From IMG/VR virus record IMGVR_UViG_3300008050_000039, positions 3,628 to 67,627 of that record: a DNA stretch of 64,000 bases. The stretch is one strand, 5' to 3'. Shown here one piece after another: positions 49,377 through 61,200 of this stretch. Source of the DNA: a virus. The notes beneath the pieces were generated by a model, which searched no databases, had not been told where the DNA came from, and saw nothing but the letters and a program-made list of their open reading frames with translations. How positions within the stretch are numbered: the first letter of the stretch is position 1; each line of letters opens with the position of its first letter. A program made the translations under genes and the position numbers.

Positions 49377-49547
49377 ATGAAATCATTAGAACAGGTATTG
49401 ATGGAGAACTATGCGGGTTTTGACCCAACGATATTCCCCCTTGTCCAAAATGACGGGGATGGTGAATACTTTAGGCGTGACCTATGGCCCGCCGAACTTG
49501 GTGATGCACCAACGGATGAACAATTAGGAGAGTGGATAAATGAGTGA
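49377..49547 (+). CDS. XkdW-like fibre assembly protein
   Basis: Hand-translated ...VQNDGDGEYF...W...PTDEQL, directly after fibre gene. Confidence 0.55.
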   Translation: MKSLEQVLMENYAGFDPTIFPLVQNDGDGEYFRRDLWPAELGDAPTDEQLGEWINE

Positions 49548-49983
49548 AAGTAATGAAAAACGGAAAGGAAAAATAGTGTATAGACCGCCGGAAAAGTGCT
49601 ATACTAATGTATATATTGAAATAACAGCGCATGGTTATAAGATTTATAGACACGGTATGGAGCGACCATTTACTGTAATACCACATAGCGCAGTAAAAGA
49701 AGTCTTATACGATAGAGAAAGTGATAGGTGATATTAGAATGATGTTAGAATGGAATGATATATTAGTGATTGGTTCTTTGATTGGTATAGTAGGCGGCGC
49801 GATTTGGTGGGGCTACAAAAAATACCAAATAGTAATGGCCGATGGTAAAGTAACGATTGATGAAATCGTTAGCGGCGGTCACGACTTAATGGATAAAATA
49901 GCAACAACAAGAGAAGAGATTGATGAAGTCTTATCCACCGATAAAGGCGAAGTATTAAAAGACAAGTTGGGTGGGGAATAATC

Positions 49984-50520
49984 ATGGCTTATTACTGTTC
50001 AAATGCTGATGTTGGTATGCGTTTAGGTCTTGATTCCGGCCAACGCAACAGGGCTAATACACGACTTACTGCGGCAGTTAGAAGGGCCACAATAGATATA
50101 GACCAAGAGTTTCGCGGGTATGGGCGTGATGTGCCAAACCGTGAAATTGGAGAAACAACATCAAATGGTGCAGTAGCGGCAGGTGCTACAACCATAACTC
50201 TTACTTCGGGAACTGATTTCGCATCGGCAGGTAATGGAAACATTGATGGTGACTCTTTCGCTTGGACAGGCAAAAGCACAAACGACCTTACAGGTGTTAC
50301 GGGTGTTTCGGCAGACCACGCAACAGGCGTTACCGTTCAAGAGGGAGAGTTTGCTCATGTTCTCCGAGAGATATGTGGCGACCTTGCGGCGGCTTATTAT
50401 TTAGAAGACGAGGGAGCATTTCAAACAAGTGGGCCGGAGGGTGGCTTAAGGGGTTCAATTCTAAGAGAGCGTGGAACCCTTAATCTCCGCCGATTGGCTC
50501 ATCTCGGCTCGGTTGATTGA
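49984..50520 (+). CDS. head-tail connector-like protein with inserted beta domain
   Basis: MAYYCSNADV start; REICGDLAAAYY; central T/G-rich insertion. Confidence 0.6.
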   Translation: MAYYCSNADVGMRLGLDSGQRNRANTRLTAAVRRATIDIDQEFRGYGRDVPNREIGETTSNGAVAAGATTITLTSGTDFASAGNGNIDGDSFAWTGKSTNDLTGVTGVSADHATGVTVQEGEFAHVLREICGDLAAAYYLEDEGAFQTSGPEGGLRGSILRERGTLNLRRLAHLGSVD

Positions 50521-50532
50521 GGGTGATTAAGA

Positions 50533-51156
50533 ATGGTTGTTGATTTAGGCGTTGGTTCCGATTCCCCTATAACCTTTTTGATTGCTTTTGATAAAGGTAA
50601 ATTGACCCGTATTCTCAAAAAGTTCCGAGCAGAAGCAGTTAAAGTTATTGGTCGGGAAATCAAGAAAATTATGCAAGAAGAAAAGAACAATACAAAAAAC
50701 AGACTCAAGAGCAGGGGGGTTTCGGGTTCCGCACCGGATAAAATCGCCCAATCACTTATGGTATTAGGCCCAGAAGAATACGGTGAAGAGATAGTGGTTC
50801 ATTTTGGTTCTTCGGATGGTTTTTCATTAGATGGGGTGAAAGGTAGCAGGGGTGGAAAAATAGCGGAATTATATGAAGAGGGGCGACCTAAATACAGTTA
50901 TAATTTCAAAGGTGGTGGAAAGGGGACAGCGCACAAAGAGGGGCGACCAATCGTGCCTTCAAAGATGCGTGGGGGTGCTGGTTCATCCTTGTCAAACTAT
51001 CTCCCTCCAGGGACACAGACCCACGCGGGTTATCCTAAATTAGCGTGGAACGCAACAACGAAAGAAAACACACAAAGGAAATTAGTATCAAATAGAATAC
51101 CGGATGCGCTCGCCCGCGCTTTCGGAGAGCATTTTTACGACAAGAGGTTTAGGTGA
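50533..51156 (+). CDS. HK97 gp10-like neck/tail completion protein
   Basis: Basic; IAELYEEG...PG.Q...YP; position before terminator-like gene. Confidence 0.5.
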   Translation: MVVDLGVGSDSPITFLIAFDKGKLTRILKKFRAEAVKVIGREIKKIMQEEKNNTKNRLKSRGVSGSAPDKIAQSLMVLGPEEYGEEIVVHFGSSDGFSLDGVKGSRGGKIAELYEEGRPKYSYNFKGGGKGTAHKEGRPIVPSKMRGGAGSSLSNYLPPGTQTHAGYPKLAWNATTKENTQRKLVSNRIPDALARAFGEHFYDKRFR

Positions 51157-52253
51157 TTTTTATGGCAATAGCAACAAAGACACAATTTTGGACAAGTCGT
51201 TTGAACGGCGAGAACCCTGCCTCTCCTTCGGTGGCGGCAATAGCAGACAATGATGCGTGGACAGAAGTAGGTTCCGCAGGTGGTGGTTCAGCGACCACCG
51301 ATGATTATTGGACAATTACTTCAGACCAAGAATGGAAAGTGGTTCCAACATCAAGTGAATACACTATCGTTGGTGTCTTTTATTTTAGTGACGCATCTAA
51401 TATCCCCACCAATGGAACGGTGTTAATGTCGCTGGATAATGGAACGCATAAGGTTGAAGTCAAATCCAAAGGCACAAACGCTAAATTAGATTTGGTGGGA
51501 GCCACTACGGTAACTACACATGACCTTGATTTGGATATGGGCGACAGCGACGCCGTTCCTGTTTTTCTTCGTTTGACGCTCGCTTCTGATGGCACAGCAA
51601 ATCTATATATGCGGGAAATCATAGAGGATGATGATGGGGCTACCCACTATCTGTCCGTCACAGGTGCTTCGGGTTCAAGTAAAAAAATAGGGTGGGGTAA
51701 CGATGATGGAACGGTGAAGTGGGCGGCTATTTACGCTACCCATTATGGGGCGTTTAGTCCCGATGAATTAATGACTTCTGATTTCGCACAGGACGCGCTC
51801 GGTCGCATGGGGCTTGCTACCGTTCAACAATTGAAGGATAGTAAGCGTATGTTTTTGAAAACACATTTAGACGATTCCGCTATTGTTTATGGTTACGATA
51901 TTTCAAGCCAAATGCTGAACCGAATGACCCCACCGACAATCCATGTTTTACTTCGTTCTCTTACCTCTCCGCAGTTTGACGCGATAGGCGGAGGACGCAT
52001 AATCCAAGAATATGATGTGATTATTTATGTCACCACAAGAGGCACTAACTATAAAGACGCATACCGAACCTGCCTCAATATAGCGGGTGAAGTCTTTGAC
52101 GAATTATACACGAATACAGGGGTTAGAGGGAACACCGATAGTATTATTTCCTATACAGCCGATTTGGACACAAAATTAGACGATGATGAGGTGGTATGCG
52201 TGCATACCCTCACTTTTAGATATATGCGGCGTGTTAATATGCGACACCGTTAG
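51153..52253 (+). CDS. tail terminator-like protein with N-terminal beta-sandwich domain
   Basis: C-terminal PTIHV...YDVIIYV...; immediately before the tail tube gene. Confidence 0.5.
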   Translation: MIFMAIATKTQFWTSRLNGENPASPSVAAIADNDAWTEVGSAGGGSATTDDYWTITSDQEWKVVPTSSEYTIVGVFYFSDASNIPTNGTVLMSLDNGTHKVEVKSKGTNAKLDLVGATTVTTHDLDLDMGDSDAVPVFLRLTLASDGTANLYMREIIEDDDGATHYLSVTGASGSSKKIGWGNDDGTVKWAAIYATHYGAFSPDELMTSDFAQDALGRMGLATVQQLKDSKRMFLKTHLDDSAIVYGYDISSQMLNRMTPPTIHVLLRSLTSPQFDAIGGGRIIQEYDVIIYVTTRGTNYKDAYRTCLNIAGEVFDELYTNTGVRGNTDSIISYTADLDTKLDDDEVVCVHTLTFRYMRRVNMRHR

Positions 52254-52317
52254 ACGCTTGAAAGGTAATACTTAAGTATCAACCCCATAATCAAGTAATG
52301 TATAGAGGTAGTTATAC

Positions 52318-53370
52318 ATGGCACAAAGTAGCGAGTTTGACCTTAGATATGTGGCACTTGCCAAAGAAAGCACTTATGGAACAGACCCAGAAACCACACC
52401 ATCAGCCGCTTATTTTTATGGTGAATGTGATGATGAATCTTTTGCCCACAAGTTTGATTTGTTGACACGCGGGGATATGTCCACAGCAATTGCTTCAAAA
52501 TCAGTCACCGGAAAAGAATACTCGGAAGGTGGTGTAAATCTTGCACTACAACCGGATGATTTCGGCGGTATGTGTTTTTTGGGGTTCTTTCCTAACAATT
52601 CGTATGGTTCTGCCGCACACACTTTCAACGAAGGCGACAGTTTAACCGCACACGCATACCCATCATTTACAATGCGTGTTGGTCGTGAAGATAAAGAACA
52701 CAAATATACCGGAATGGTAGCAAGCCGAATGAGCGTTAGCGCATCAGCCGGCGAATATACAATGATGAGCGTTGATTGGGTCGGTAAGGCTGAATCAGCA
52801 ACACTTGCTATTGATAATGCAAATGCTTGTCTTGGCGCATCCAATGTGTCTTTCAGCACCAACGATGCACTACACTTTGCAGACGGAACAATCTTTTTCG
52901 GTCAAGCATCAGATGGAACAGCGACAGCAAAGGTGAAGGCGGTTGATTTTGAGATTAGCCTAAACCGTGACACCGACAATGCTTGTTCTATTGGTAGCAA
53001 TACATATAGTCGTGCGCCTCCTGTCCAAATGCGTGAAATTAGCGGTAGTATTGAGTTTAACCAAGTGGTGCATTCGGCGGCTTCATCCACCAATGAACCT
53101 ACATACGATACTTTGATTGCGGCTGACGGACATTTAATAAACCAAACAACTTCAACACCGGCAATGGTTCTTAAGTTTTCTGATGAAGCCGGAACCAATT
53201 ATATTGAGTTTAAGTTCTTCCATCTAAGATTTGAAGCACCCGAAGCAACCGTTAGTGGTCGTGACACACAAACAATGAAAGTTAATTTCATTGCCCTTGC
53301 AGACCCCAATAACAACAATGATGCCATGAGCGTTAAGATGAAGGGTTCACAGCGAACAACTGCTTACTGA
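52318..53370 (+). CDS. major tail tube protein
   Basis: YVALAKESTYGT, PSFTMRVG, YTGMVAS, REISGSIEF; precedes chaperones and TMP. Confidence 0.8.
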   Translation: MAQSSEFDLRYVALAKESTYGTDPETTPSAAYFYGECDDESFAHKFDLLTRGDMSTAIASKSVTGKEYSEGGVNLALQPDDFGGMCFLGFFPNNSYGSAAHTFNEGDSLTAHAYPSFTMRVGREDKEHKYTGMVASRMSVSASAGEYTMMSVDWVGKAESATLAIDNANACLGASNVSFSTNDALHFADGTIFFGQASDGTATAKVKAVDFEISLNRDTDNACSIGSNTYSRAPPVQMREISGSIEFNQVVHSAASSTNEPTYDTLIAADGHLINQTTSTPAMVLKFSDEAGTNYIEFKFFHLRFEAPEATVSGRDTQTMKVNFIALADPNNNNDAMSVKMKGSQRTTAY

Positions 53371-53662
53371 TGGGGTGTTTAAGTGGCTCTTTCAGATAAT
53401 GTCGGCGGCATAGAGATAACTGATAAGTCAAAACTGACTGTCACTACCGTTGAATCAACTCTTGAAGGTATTGACGCCGCGCTTCAAACAGCCCTTCGTA
53501 GCGCAACATTCGCCAATTCTGATGTAATTTATTCAATACAAATTATGAGGAATAAAAATAGCAATGATTGTATAGCATATATCGTTTGGGAAAACCAATG
53601 ATTTTAGAGAAATAGAGTAGTGTAGTATTCACAAGTTAGTGAAAAAGAGAAGTGGAGAGAAA

Positions 53663-54022
53663 ATGCCTGTATTGAAAAAACAGATTGAATTAGACGACGG
53701 AACGATGATTTGGGTTCGCCAAGCATCCGGTATGGACAAACTCAAAATTGAGAATATCCAAGCCCGAACCTTTAGAAAGTTTAGGGAATATGGTCTTGAC
53801 CCTACCGAATGGACAGAAGAACAACACACCGAGTTTGCAGACGCATTGGATGAAGCGGGCGGCGGTATGGAAAACCAAATACAACAATGGGTTCCTAATT
53901 GTGTCCTTGAAGAAGATTTCAATATGGATAGTCTTACCTCCGAAGAATTACGAAGAATACTACTATTCGTGCGCGGTGACGACAAGGAGGGGGCAATCCC
54001 TTTAGTCAATTCTTCCGAGTAG
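53663..54022 (+). CDS. tail assembly chaperone (lambda gpG-like)
   Basis: Between tail tube and TMP; ends with slippery C CCT TTA. Confidence 0.75.
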   Translation: MPVLKKQIELDDGTMIWVRQASGMDKLKIENIQARTFRKFREYGLDPTEWTEEQHTEFADALDEAGGGMENQIQQWVPNCVLEEDFNMDSLTSEELRRILLFVRGDDKEGAIPLVNSSE

Positions 54023-54336
54023 CACCTAACTTATGTATGGCCTACAAGGGAACGACCCCTTCTGAATTATGGTCGCGCTATGATTGCGAAGGTGGACAAC
54101 ACTTACTTGAAATGGATTTGTTAGTCGCAACGGAAATAAACGAAAGAATATCCGAAGCAACAAGAGATGCGAGTAAGAAGGATGGCAAGGGTGCGGCGGC
54201 CCGCTTGAAGCAGAAGCGAGAGCGGCGCAAAAGCCAACAAATAAATAACGCTGATGATATGTTGAGTATAATTAGAGAAGCGGGTATGCCTATTGAAGAG
54301 GCGACCAACAGTAGTAGCGAAGGTGAAAACGAATGA
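53998..54336 (+). CDS. tail assembly chaperone frameshift extension (gpT-like)
   Basis: -1 frame open from heptamer CCCTTTA (53998-54004) into ORF 54037-54336. Confidence 0.7.
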   Translation, partial: PFSQFFRVAPNLCMAYKGTTPSELWSRYDCEGGQHLLEMDLLVATEINERISEATRDASKKDGKGAAARLKQKRERRKSQQINNADDMLSIIREAGMPIEEATNSSSEGENE

Positions 54337-57300
54337 TATATGGTATTGACCCACAAATCGTTGTCACTATTATTGCTACTCTTTTTCTTTTTATCCCGCT
54401 ACTTTTAAGGTCGGGCGCATCCAGCGTATTCTTTGATGTGGTGGGAACATTTCAAGCCGATAGGCTGTTGGGTGATTCCGATGCAAAAATGGCAACATTC
54501 AATGCTATTATGCTTGATGGTATCGGTAGGATTCAAGAAGGCGCACAAGCACTTAACGACCAATTCAATATGCTGATTGATAGCGTAATGCCAATGACAG
54601 AAGCAATCGCTGACGCACGAATTGAGTTTGAAAAGTTCGTTCAAGAGGGGCAAAACGCAAAAGAATTAGCGGCCGACATTACCGAAATCGGCGCCCAGTT
54701 TGGGTATGCGGCCGACCAATCCCTCGCCGCAGGTGCGCGTATGGCGCAATTATCGTCAATCATTGGCGAAGGAGCAGTAGTTTCCGCAACAGAAGTCGGT
54801 ATAAAGTTCGCCCTCATTGGTGGTATGGAAACCGAAGCCGCTATGACTCGGCTTATCAACCTACAACAACAGACTAAGTTTATGTATGGTGATGTGGAAA
54901 AGGCTACCTTTGATGCAATGTCGGCGGAACAACAGGCTAACCTTGTCCGAGAAAACAGCATGGAGATTCTTAACCAATTAAACACCGTTGAGAATAGAAG
55001 CGCGGCCACAATGGAGAACATTACATTCGTGATGAATCAGTTTGCGGCACAGGCTGATATGACCGGAGAAAGCATTGCTAATATGGCCGCTATGTCGGCT
55101 ACCTTGATTGAAGCCGGAGAAAATCAAGGTAAAGCAGGGCGAGCCTTGCGTATTATCTATGCTCGGTTGGGTGCTAACACAAGTGGGGCCGCAGATGCCT
55201 TAGAAGGCTACGGTGTGGCCGTAAAAGACGCTCAAGGTAATATGAGGCCACTTAGCGAAGTCTTGCATGATTTAGACGCTATATGGCCTTCTTTAACAAA
55301 GGGAGAGCGACAGGCTTTGGCACAGTCGGTAGCCGGTAAAAATCATTATGTCCGATTCCTTAAAGTGGCTGAAAATTATAATCGTATGCAAGAATTGGCT
55401 GTTGACGCCCTTCACGACCAAGATGCCGCACAGGATGAAGTGAATAAGCGATTAGAAGAAAACATAACTAAATTGCGTGAAGCCGAAGCCAACCTCGCTA
55501 ACTACAAAGCGGAATTGGGCGAAGCATTCCTCCCCGCAATCGCGGCCGCAACACAGAAACAAGCAGACTTTACCGAAGCATTGGCTGATATGGCTAATAT
55601 GGATTTTATAGGAATGGATAAAGCACTTCAATTTATGGTGACGGCCCAACAGTATATGCAAATGTTCGGCCCTGCTCTTGACCTTTTTATTAACCTTAAG
55701 CAAATGACTGTTGCTATACAGACACAACACGCCATCACAAAATCAATGATGGGTGTTGATTTGGTGCGAGCCAACGCATACGGTGGTATGCAAAACATGA
55801 GTCGCGCTATGACAGGAAATCTTACTCAACAACAATTTTTAGAAAACGCAATAGCCGTTACAGGCGCAGTAAGAGAAGCACGATACAAAAATATGCAGGT
55901 GGCTACTGGTGCAAGGGTAATAGAATTGAAAAAGGTTATAGAGGCGCAACACCAAATTGCCACCTCTCTTGAAGCACAACTTATTTTTAGTGACTTATTA
56001 GTAATAGGGGCAAGAAATGCACAAATTAACGCCAAAAAGGTTGCTGATACATTAAAGGCGCAACACCAAACAATGGTTGCGCTTGGGGCGCGAACCCGAT
56101 TATCATTAGAAGAGGAAATGGGATTGAGAATAAAGAGTCAAGCCGGTATTCATACAGAAATTAGATTATTAAATGAAAAATACGCACTTCTCACTCTTGA
56201 AGGACAACAAGCATACCAAACCGAATTAGCATTAGAAGGCACTTCGCACGCAACAAAAATGGCTAACATTCGCGAAGAAATCATGGCAGAAGAAACGCGA
56301 TACCGCAGAACACAAGTGGATAAAGCACAACAACTACTTTACATTACTAACGAAAGAAACCACGAAAACACATTAATAGGATTGAAAGCAGAAGGGATGG
56401 CACAAGAACAAGCACACGCAGAAGCAAGGGCGGCGATTTCAGAAACCCATAAGATTTCCGGTTATCACGAAATGGCAATGCTTGAGCAAAAATTAAATGC
56501 TGAATTAGAATGGATGAACACTTCGGGTATGTTATTATTTAATGAACAAGAAAGATTAATTGCTGTTATTAAACATACCGAAGGAGAACAGGCTCATACA
56601 CAAGCATTAAAAGCGAAAGGAGAAGCAACGAAAGAGTTGAGTATGATTATGTCCGGCAACCTTACCGAAGAACAGATGATGATTCAACTTGATGCCACCT
56701 TAATTACTCTAAAAACTAAACTTAACGATTTAATTTCCAAAGAAGGATGGGCGGCAATAGAAGCGGCCGGTGGGCTACACAATATGGCTTTGGGAGAAGA
56801 TAGGCTCGCCGTAACCTCCGAAAAACTAACACCGAGATTGGCTATGGGTTCGCGGGCAATGAATACCTTTTCTATGCGGGCAGGTGTGGCTTCTATGGCA
56901 TTAGGTATGTTCTCCCATAACTCTAAAGCGGCTAAGGCTTCTATGGCTCTTATGATGCTTAGTATGGCCCCTATGATATACCAAGCCGGTAAAGCAACAA
57001 CAGAATTGGCTGGAACAACGGCGGCATTGTCGGGAAAAGCGGCGGCGGAGGCACAGGCTACCGCCTCCACAGTAGCACACGCAGGGGCAATGGTCGCAGA
57101 AGGGGAAGCGGCAAAAGTCGCTACATTTTGGACAAGTTCTTTTGGTATTGCCCTCAAATCAGTAGGGATTGGTATTGCTATTGCCGCAGTCGCCTATCTC
57201 GCGGTAACCGTTGCTGAAATGGCGGGTTGGTTTGAGTCGGCCACAGACGCCGCTAATGATTTTGACGCCTCCATACGACAAACTACTGTTACGGCCGAAT

Positions 57301-58193
57301 CGTATGCTTCTTATACCACAACATCATACAAAGATTTAACAGAAAACATTGACGATTTGACCCACCAAATTGATTTAATGACTTCTGCACAGGAAAGTGC
57401 TACCGATTCAGCGAAGGCACTATACCAAAGCCAAATAAACGACCTAACAACAATCCGTGATTTGGAACAAGATATACTTAATATCAGAAACGCCTCAGCA
57501 ATGGAGGCGTTAGCACAAAAAGACCCTGCCGCACTTAGAACCCTTTTAGAATTGGGTAGTGCTATGAGGGAGGTTGAGAATCCAGAAGAATGGGCCGACC
57601 CTATCGGCTTTGGGAAAGGACACGATGAAGGGTTGGATAGGATAGCGGCGAGAAGTGCCGCCTTCATAGCAGAAAATGAAGGGTTGCTTGAAGAATTGGA
57701 TAGGGCTTATGCCCCGCACTTGCGCGGTTTATTAGTGACGCCGTATGATGAAGGCACTATCCATCTTGGTTCGGTTAAAGTAAAAGAAGAATACGCTGAC
57801 CTTTACCAATTTATTATGGATATGGGTATATCAACAGAAGAAGAGTTCACCCAAGCCATAATCGCAATGTTAAAACAAACAGAAGAAAACGCAGATGATA
57901 CAGCCGGTGCAATTGATACAGGGGTTATTAACCCAATTGATGATGCAACCAACGCACTATATGAGTTTAACAATGCGAGAGAGGAAATGTTCTATGGTAT
58001 GTCGTCAAGTAACCTTACGGGTGACTTGGTTCGTCAAGTCGTTAGAGAGGGCGTGGAAAATCTAATCAACACAACAGAAGTCATAATGACGAATCAATTT
58101 ATGGGTATGACAACCGAAGAGGCCGCCGATGCAATCATCCAACAGATTGAAGAGAAATCTGGATTGTCGGGTATCAACCTATCCATGCAATAG
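54333..58193 (+). CDS. tail tape measure protein
   Basis: 1286 aa Ala-rich helical; TP901-type core AGRALRIIYARL...GVAVKDAQGNMRPLSEVL. Confidence 0.92.
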   Translation: MIYGIDPQIVVTIIATLFLFIPLLLRSGASSVFFDVVGTFQADRLLGDSDAKMATFNAIMLDGIGRIQEGAQALNDQFNMLIDSVMPMTEAIADARIEFEKFVQEGQNAKELAADITEIGAQFGYAADQSLAAGARMAQLSSIIGEGAVVSATEVGIKFALIGGMETEAAMTRLINLQQQTKFMYGDVEKATFDAMSAEQQANLVRENSMEILNQLNTVENRSAATMENITFVMNQFAAQADMTGESIANMAAMSATLIEAGENQGKAGRALRIIYARLGANTSGAADALEGYGVAVKDAQGNMRPLSEVLHDLDAIWPSLTKGERQALAQSVAGKNHYVRFLKVAENYNRMQELAVDALHDQDAAQDEVNKRLEENITKLREAEANLANYKAELGEAFLPAIAAATQKQADFTEALADMANMDFIGMDKALQFMVTAQQYMQMFGPALDLFINLKQMTVAIQTQHAITKSMMGVDLVRANAYGGMQNMSRAMTGNLTQQQFLENAIAVTGAVREARYKNMQVATGARVIELKKVIEAQHQIATSLEAQLIFSDLLVIGARNAQINAKKVADTLKAQHQTMVALGARTRLSLEEEMGLRIKSQAGIHTEIRLLNEKYALLTLEGQQAYQTELALEGTSHATKMANIREEIMAEETRYRRTQVDKAQQLLYITNERNHENTLIGLKAEGMAQEQAHAEARAAISETHKISGYHEMAMLEQKLNAELEWMNTSGMLLFNEQERLIAVIKHTEGEQAHTQALKAKGEATKELSMIMSGNLTEEQMMIQLDATLITLKTKLNDLISKEGWAAIEAAGGLHNMALGEDRLAVTSEKLTPRLAMGSRAMNTFSMRAGVASMALGMFSHNSKAAKASMALMMLSMAPMIYQAGKATTELAGTTAALSGKAAAEAQATASTVAHAGAMVAEGEAAKVATFWTSSFGIALKSVGIGIAIAAVAYLAVTVAEMAGWFESATDAANDFDASIRQTTVTAESYASYTTTSYKDLTENIDDLTHQIDLMTSAQESATDSAKALYQSQINDLTTIRDLEQDILNIRNASAMEALAQKDPAALRTLLELGSAMREVENPEEWADPIGFGKGHDEGLDRIAARSAAFIAENEGLLEELDRAYAPHLRGLLVTPYDEGTIHLGSVKVKEEYADLYQFIMDMGISTEEEFTQAIIAMLKQTEENADDTAGAIDTGVINPIDDATNALYEFNNAREEMFYGMSSSNLTGDLVRQVVREGVENLINTTEVIMTNQFMGMTTEEAADAIIQQIEEKSGLSGINLSMQ

Positions 58194-58229
58194 TGAAGTG
58201 AAGAAAGTAAAGTGAAGTAAGGTGAAAAA

Positions 58230-61200
58230 ATGGCACGCTCGGTTACATCAAAGTATGGTTTTTGGCTCGCAGGTTATTATGACGATTTTAGCGGGGCGCG
58301 AGCAATCCCCGATGATAAAAACCAACCATCCTTGACTACAAGTTATGACCGAAAGAAAACACATCACGGCAACGCCATGAACGGCGAAGCGACCCTTAAT
58401 CCCCGCTACCGTTGGGCGTATAATGAGAGGGAAGGGGATGCGGGTTATGGCTCCCTTATTACCGACGCAACAAATCTTTTTTTATTAAATAATGGTTCTT
58501 ATGAATGGTTGACCTTAGATACGACACGACAGAAACCAGAAAAGTGGGAAGGGCGAGCGCAACTACAATACCCCGATGGCATCGCGAACGCGAACCGTGT
58601 CAAGTTTGACAGAACATCGTGGTCGGGGTCGCAGGGCGGCTACCAAAGATTTTGTAATGGTTTTTATACCGCCGGTTCTTATGTTGTTCCTACGGGGGAT
58701 GATGATTCAACATTTGGTCGGAGAGATGTTTATAATTTCAACGCTAATAATTATGATGCTAAAAAAGGTGGGTTACTATCTAATAGTGCCACTAATTCTG
58801 TTGCTTATGTCCAATGGGCTAATTTAGTTGGGGCTTGGGCCGGTGAACAAGTAGCGTATAGCCACAATGATAATAATAGTGGGGTGACAGAATGCCCCTA
58901 TGCTGTTTTTACACCGATAAAATCACCGGCTGGAAAACCATTTCTTTGTATAAAATCATTTCATGCCGTGACCGATTCACACGAAGTTAGTTCAACTAAG
59001 CGACCCGCTATTGCATACAATGGCACACTTAACAGTAAAGACACAGGAGATGTTTTTACAATACGATTTGCTATCCGTTCATTTGAAGGTAATACTGCCG
59101 CCGGCATCAAAGGTATGGTTCCTCCAACAGTCACTATTTTTGCAGGTTTTGATGATAGCCTTAGTGCCACAGATGAAACCGGATTTGATGATAATACTAA
59201 TACTGCGGCTATTGAATGGGAAATTGATTTTCATACTGCTACGGGTTTAGCCGCCGCTTATGACTACTATGATATGCTTTATGATAATACCAATACTAAA
59301 TTAACTTTTAATAATGACGACCTTTGGATAGACCTTGATTTCGTTATTGATTATGATACAAACAAATATAAAGTATATCATGATGGAACAGAAGTCACCG
59401 CGGCAAATATAACAGCCGGCTCTTATGGTGACGGTTATACTCTCAAGACAAATAATGTGACTTCTTCGGCATTTACCCCAAGTGATATGTTCGGTTGGCA
59501 AATCACGGTTGAACCACAAACAACAACAGGAGGAATAACCCATGCTGGAACAAATATAAGTTTGTTGCTGGATAGAGTCGGTTTGGTAAGACCCCTCTCC
59601 GACCATCCCGACGGTAGGGTATTACCCCCACTTACTGATATGAAAATGATTTCTCCCGTAAATGGTATTTCCCAATTACAACTTGATATAGCAGACGACC
59701 CCTCCATGAATACTTCAACGGGGGCTGTTGGAACACTTGATAGTTATTATAGCCACCAACTCACTAAGATATTTAATACTAACAAGGTTGATGATTGGTA
59801 TTTATTAATGTTCGCATCCGACGAAGGCTACCATACGAAAGAAGCAGGGGCAGGGAGAATTGACCGCCCCGTTTGGCGTGGCGTCGTTGAGAAGATAGAT
59901 ATTAAACAAAACAAAACAAAAAGACGCACCATAAAATTGAACGCACGCGACCAACTCTCCACTCTTGATAGACAGGTTCCTCTTTGGGAATTGGGTCAAG
60001 GTAGCATGAACACAGAAGAAAGCGCAACACCTTATTGGGTGCATGATTCTCAAGGATATAATAGTATGATGTATCTTGGGGTAGTGGCCCTTAAAACTTT
60101 TAAATCAACCGTAGGTTTTGACAAGGATGATGCTTATGTTGAGCGAACAGACCAAAGAACGCAATTGTATTCAGCACACCCTATACAAATGTATAATAAC
60201 GAAGATTCAATTTATGGCCCAAACAACATAGAAGAACAATATGAGGGTTATGCTGTCGTGGGTGTGGGTAAAGAAAGGGCGGGCGGCAACACACAATTAT
60301 ACCTCCGTGGTAATCCAGGCTACACGACAGGTAGTAGCATCACAACCACCAATACAATTTCACACAATGTATCGGGTGTCACACCTTCTGCTGTATCAAC
60401 ATATATTTATCCAAATAGCATAGTGAACGAAGCACAAAATTACCAAATTGTTGAAGTTGCTTCGGGAACACTTGCATTCACCCGCGAAACGCCTCTTATT
60501 GTTCATGCGAGTAATCAAGTAGGTGGTTTCGCTACAAGTGGCGGCGTATCAAATACTATCGTATGTCATTTTGATTCAAACCCTACCCTTGCTATCGGTG
60601 ATTACTTTTTAATACCCGATTATACTACATTGGGTGGTGCAAACCACGCGGATTATGTGGGGCTACACCAAGTCAAATCAATAGGAAGTTATATACTTAC
60701 TTCGGGAGGAACAACTTATCATAGGGTGATTACACATACCCCCTATCCTGGAACCGCCATAGGAACCTACGGCACACCACTTACGGGAAATGACAGGGTT
60801 CAATGGACAAAAGAAACAGGAACAATAACTCCAATCACTACCGATATAAGTAGTAGGGCGGTTCATGCGGCGTGGATGCGTGATTTCCCGCTTTCGTTAT
60901 GGTTCCGTTATCACTTTGGTATTATAGACAGGGCGGTTGATGCTACCGGCGCGATACAAGGGGCGACAACTATTGCCAGCACCAAAGTTCAAATAACTTC
61001 TGCCACTTATGCGGCAATCGGTGGTTCTTCGGGTCTTGCTGAAATAATTGATGCTGACGGAACGATTGATACTTTTATTTGGAAACAAAAGGCTACCGAC
61101 GGTGGTAATTATTATTTGGTGGGTTGTGAATACCTAAGCAGGGCGCATAATTCGGGCGTGATAATTAACATTCTTGATACAAGTTCGGACTACAAACATT

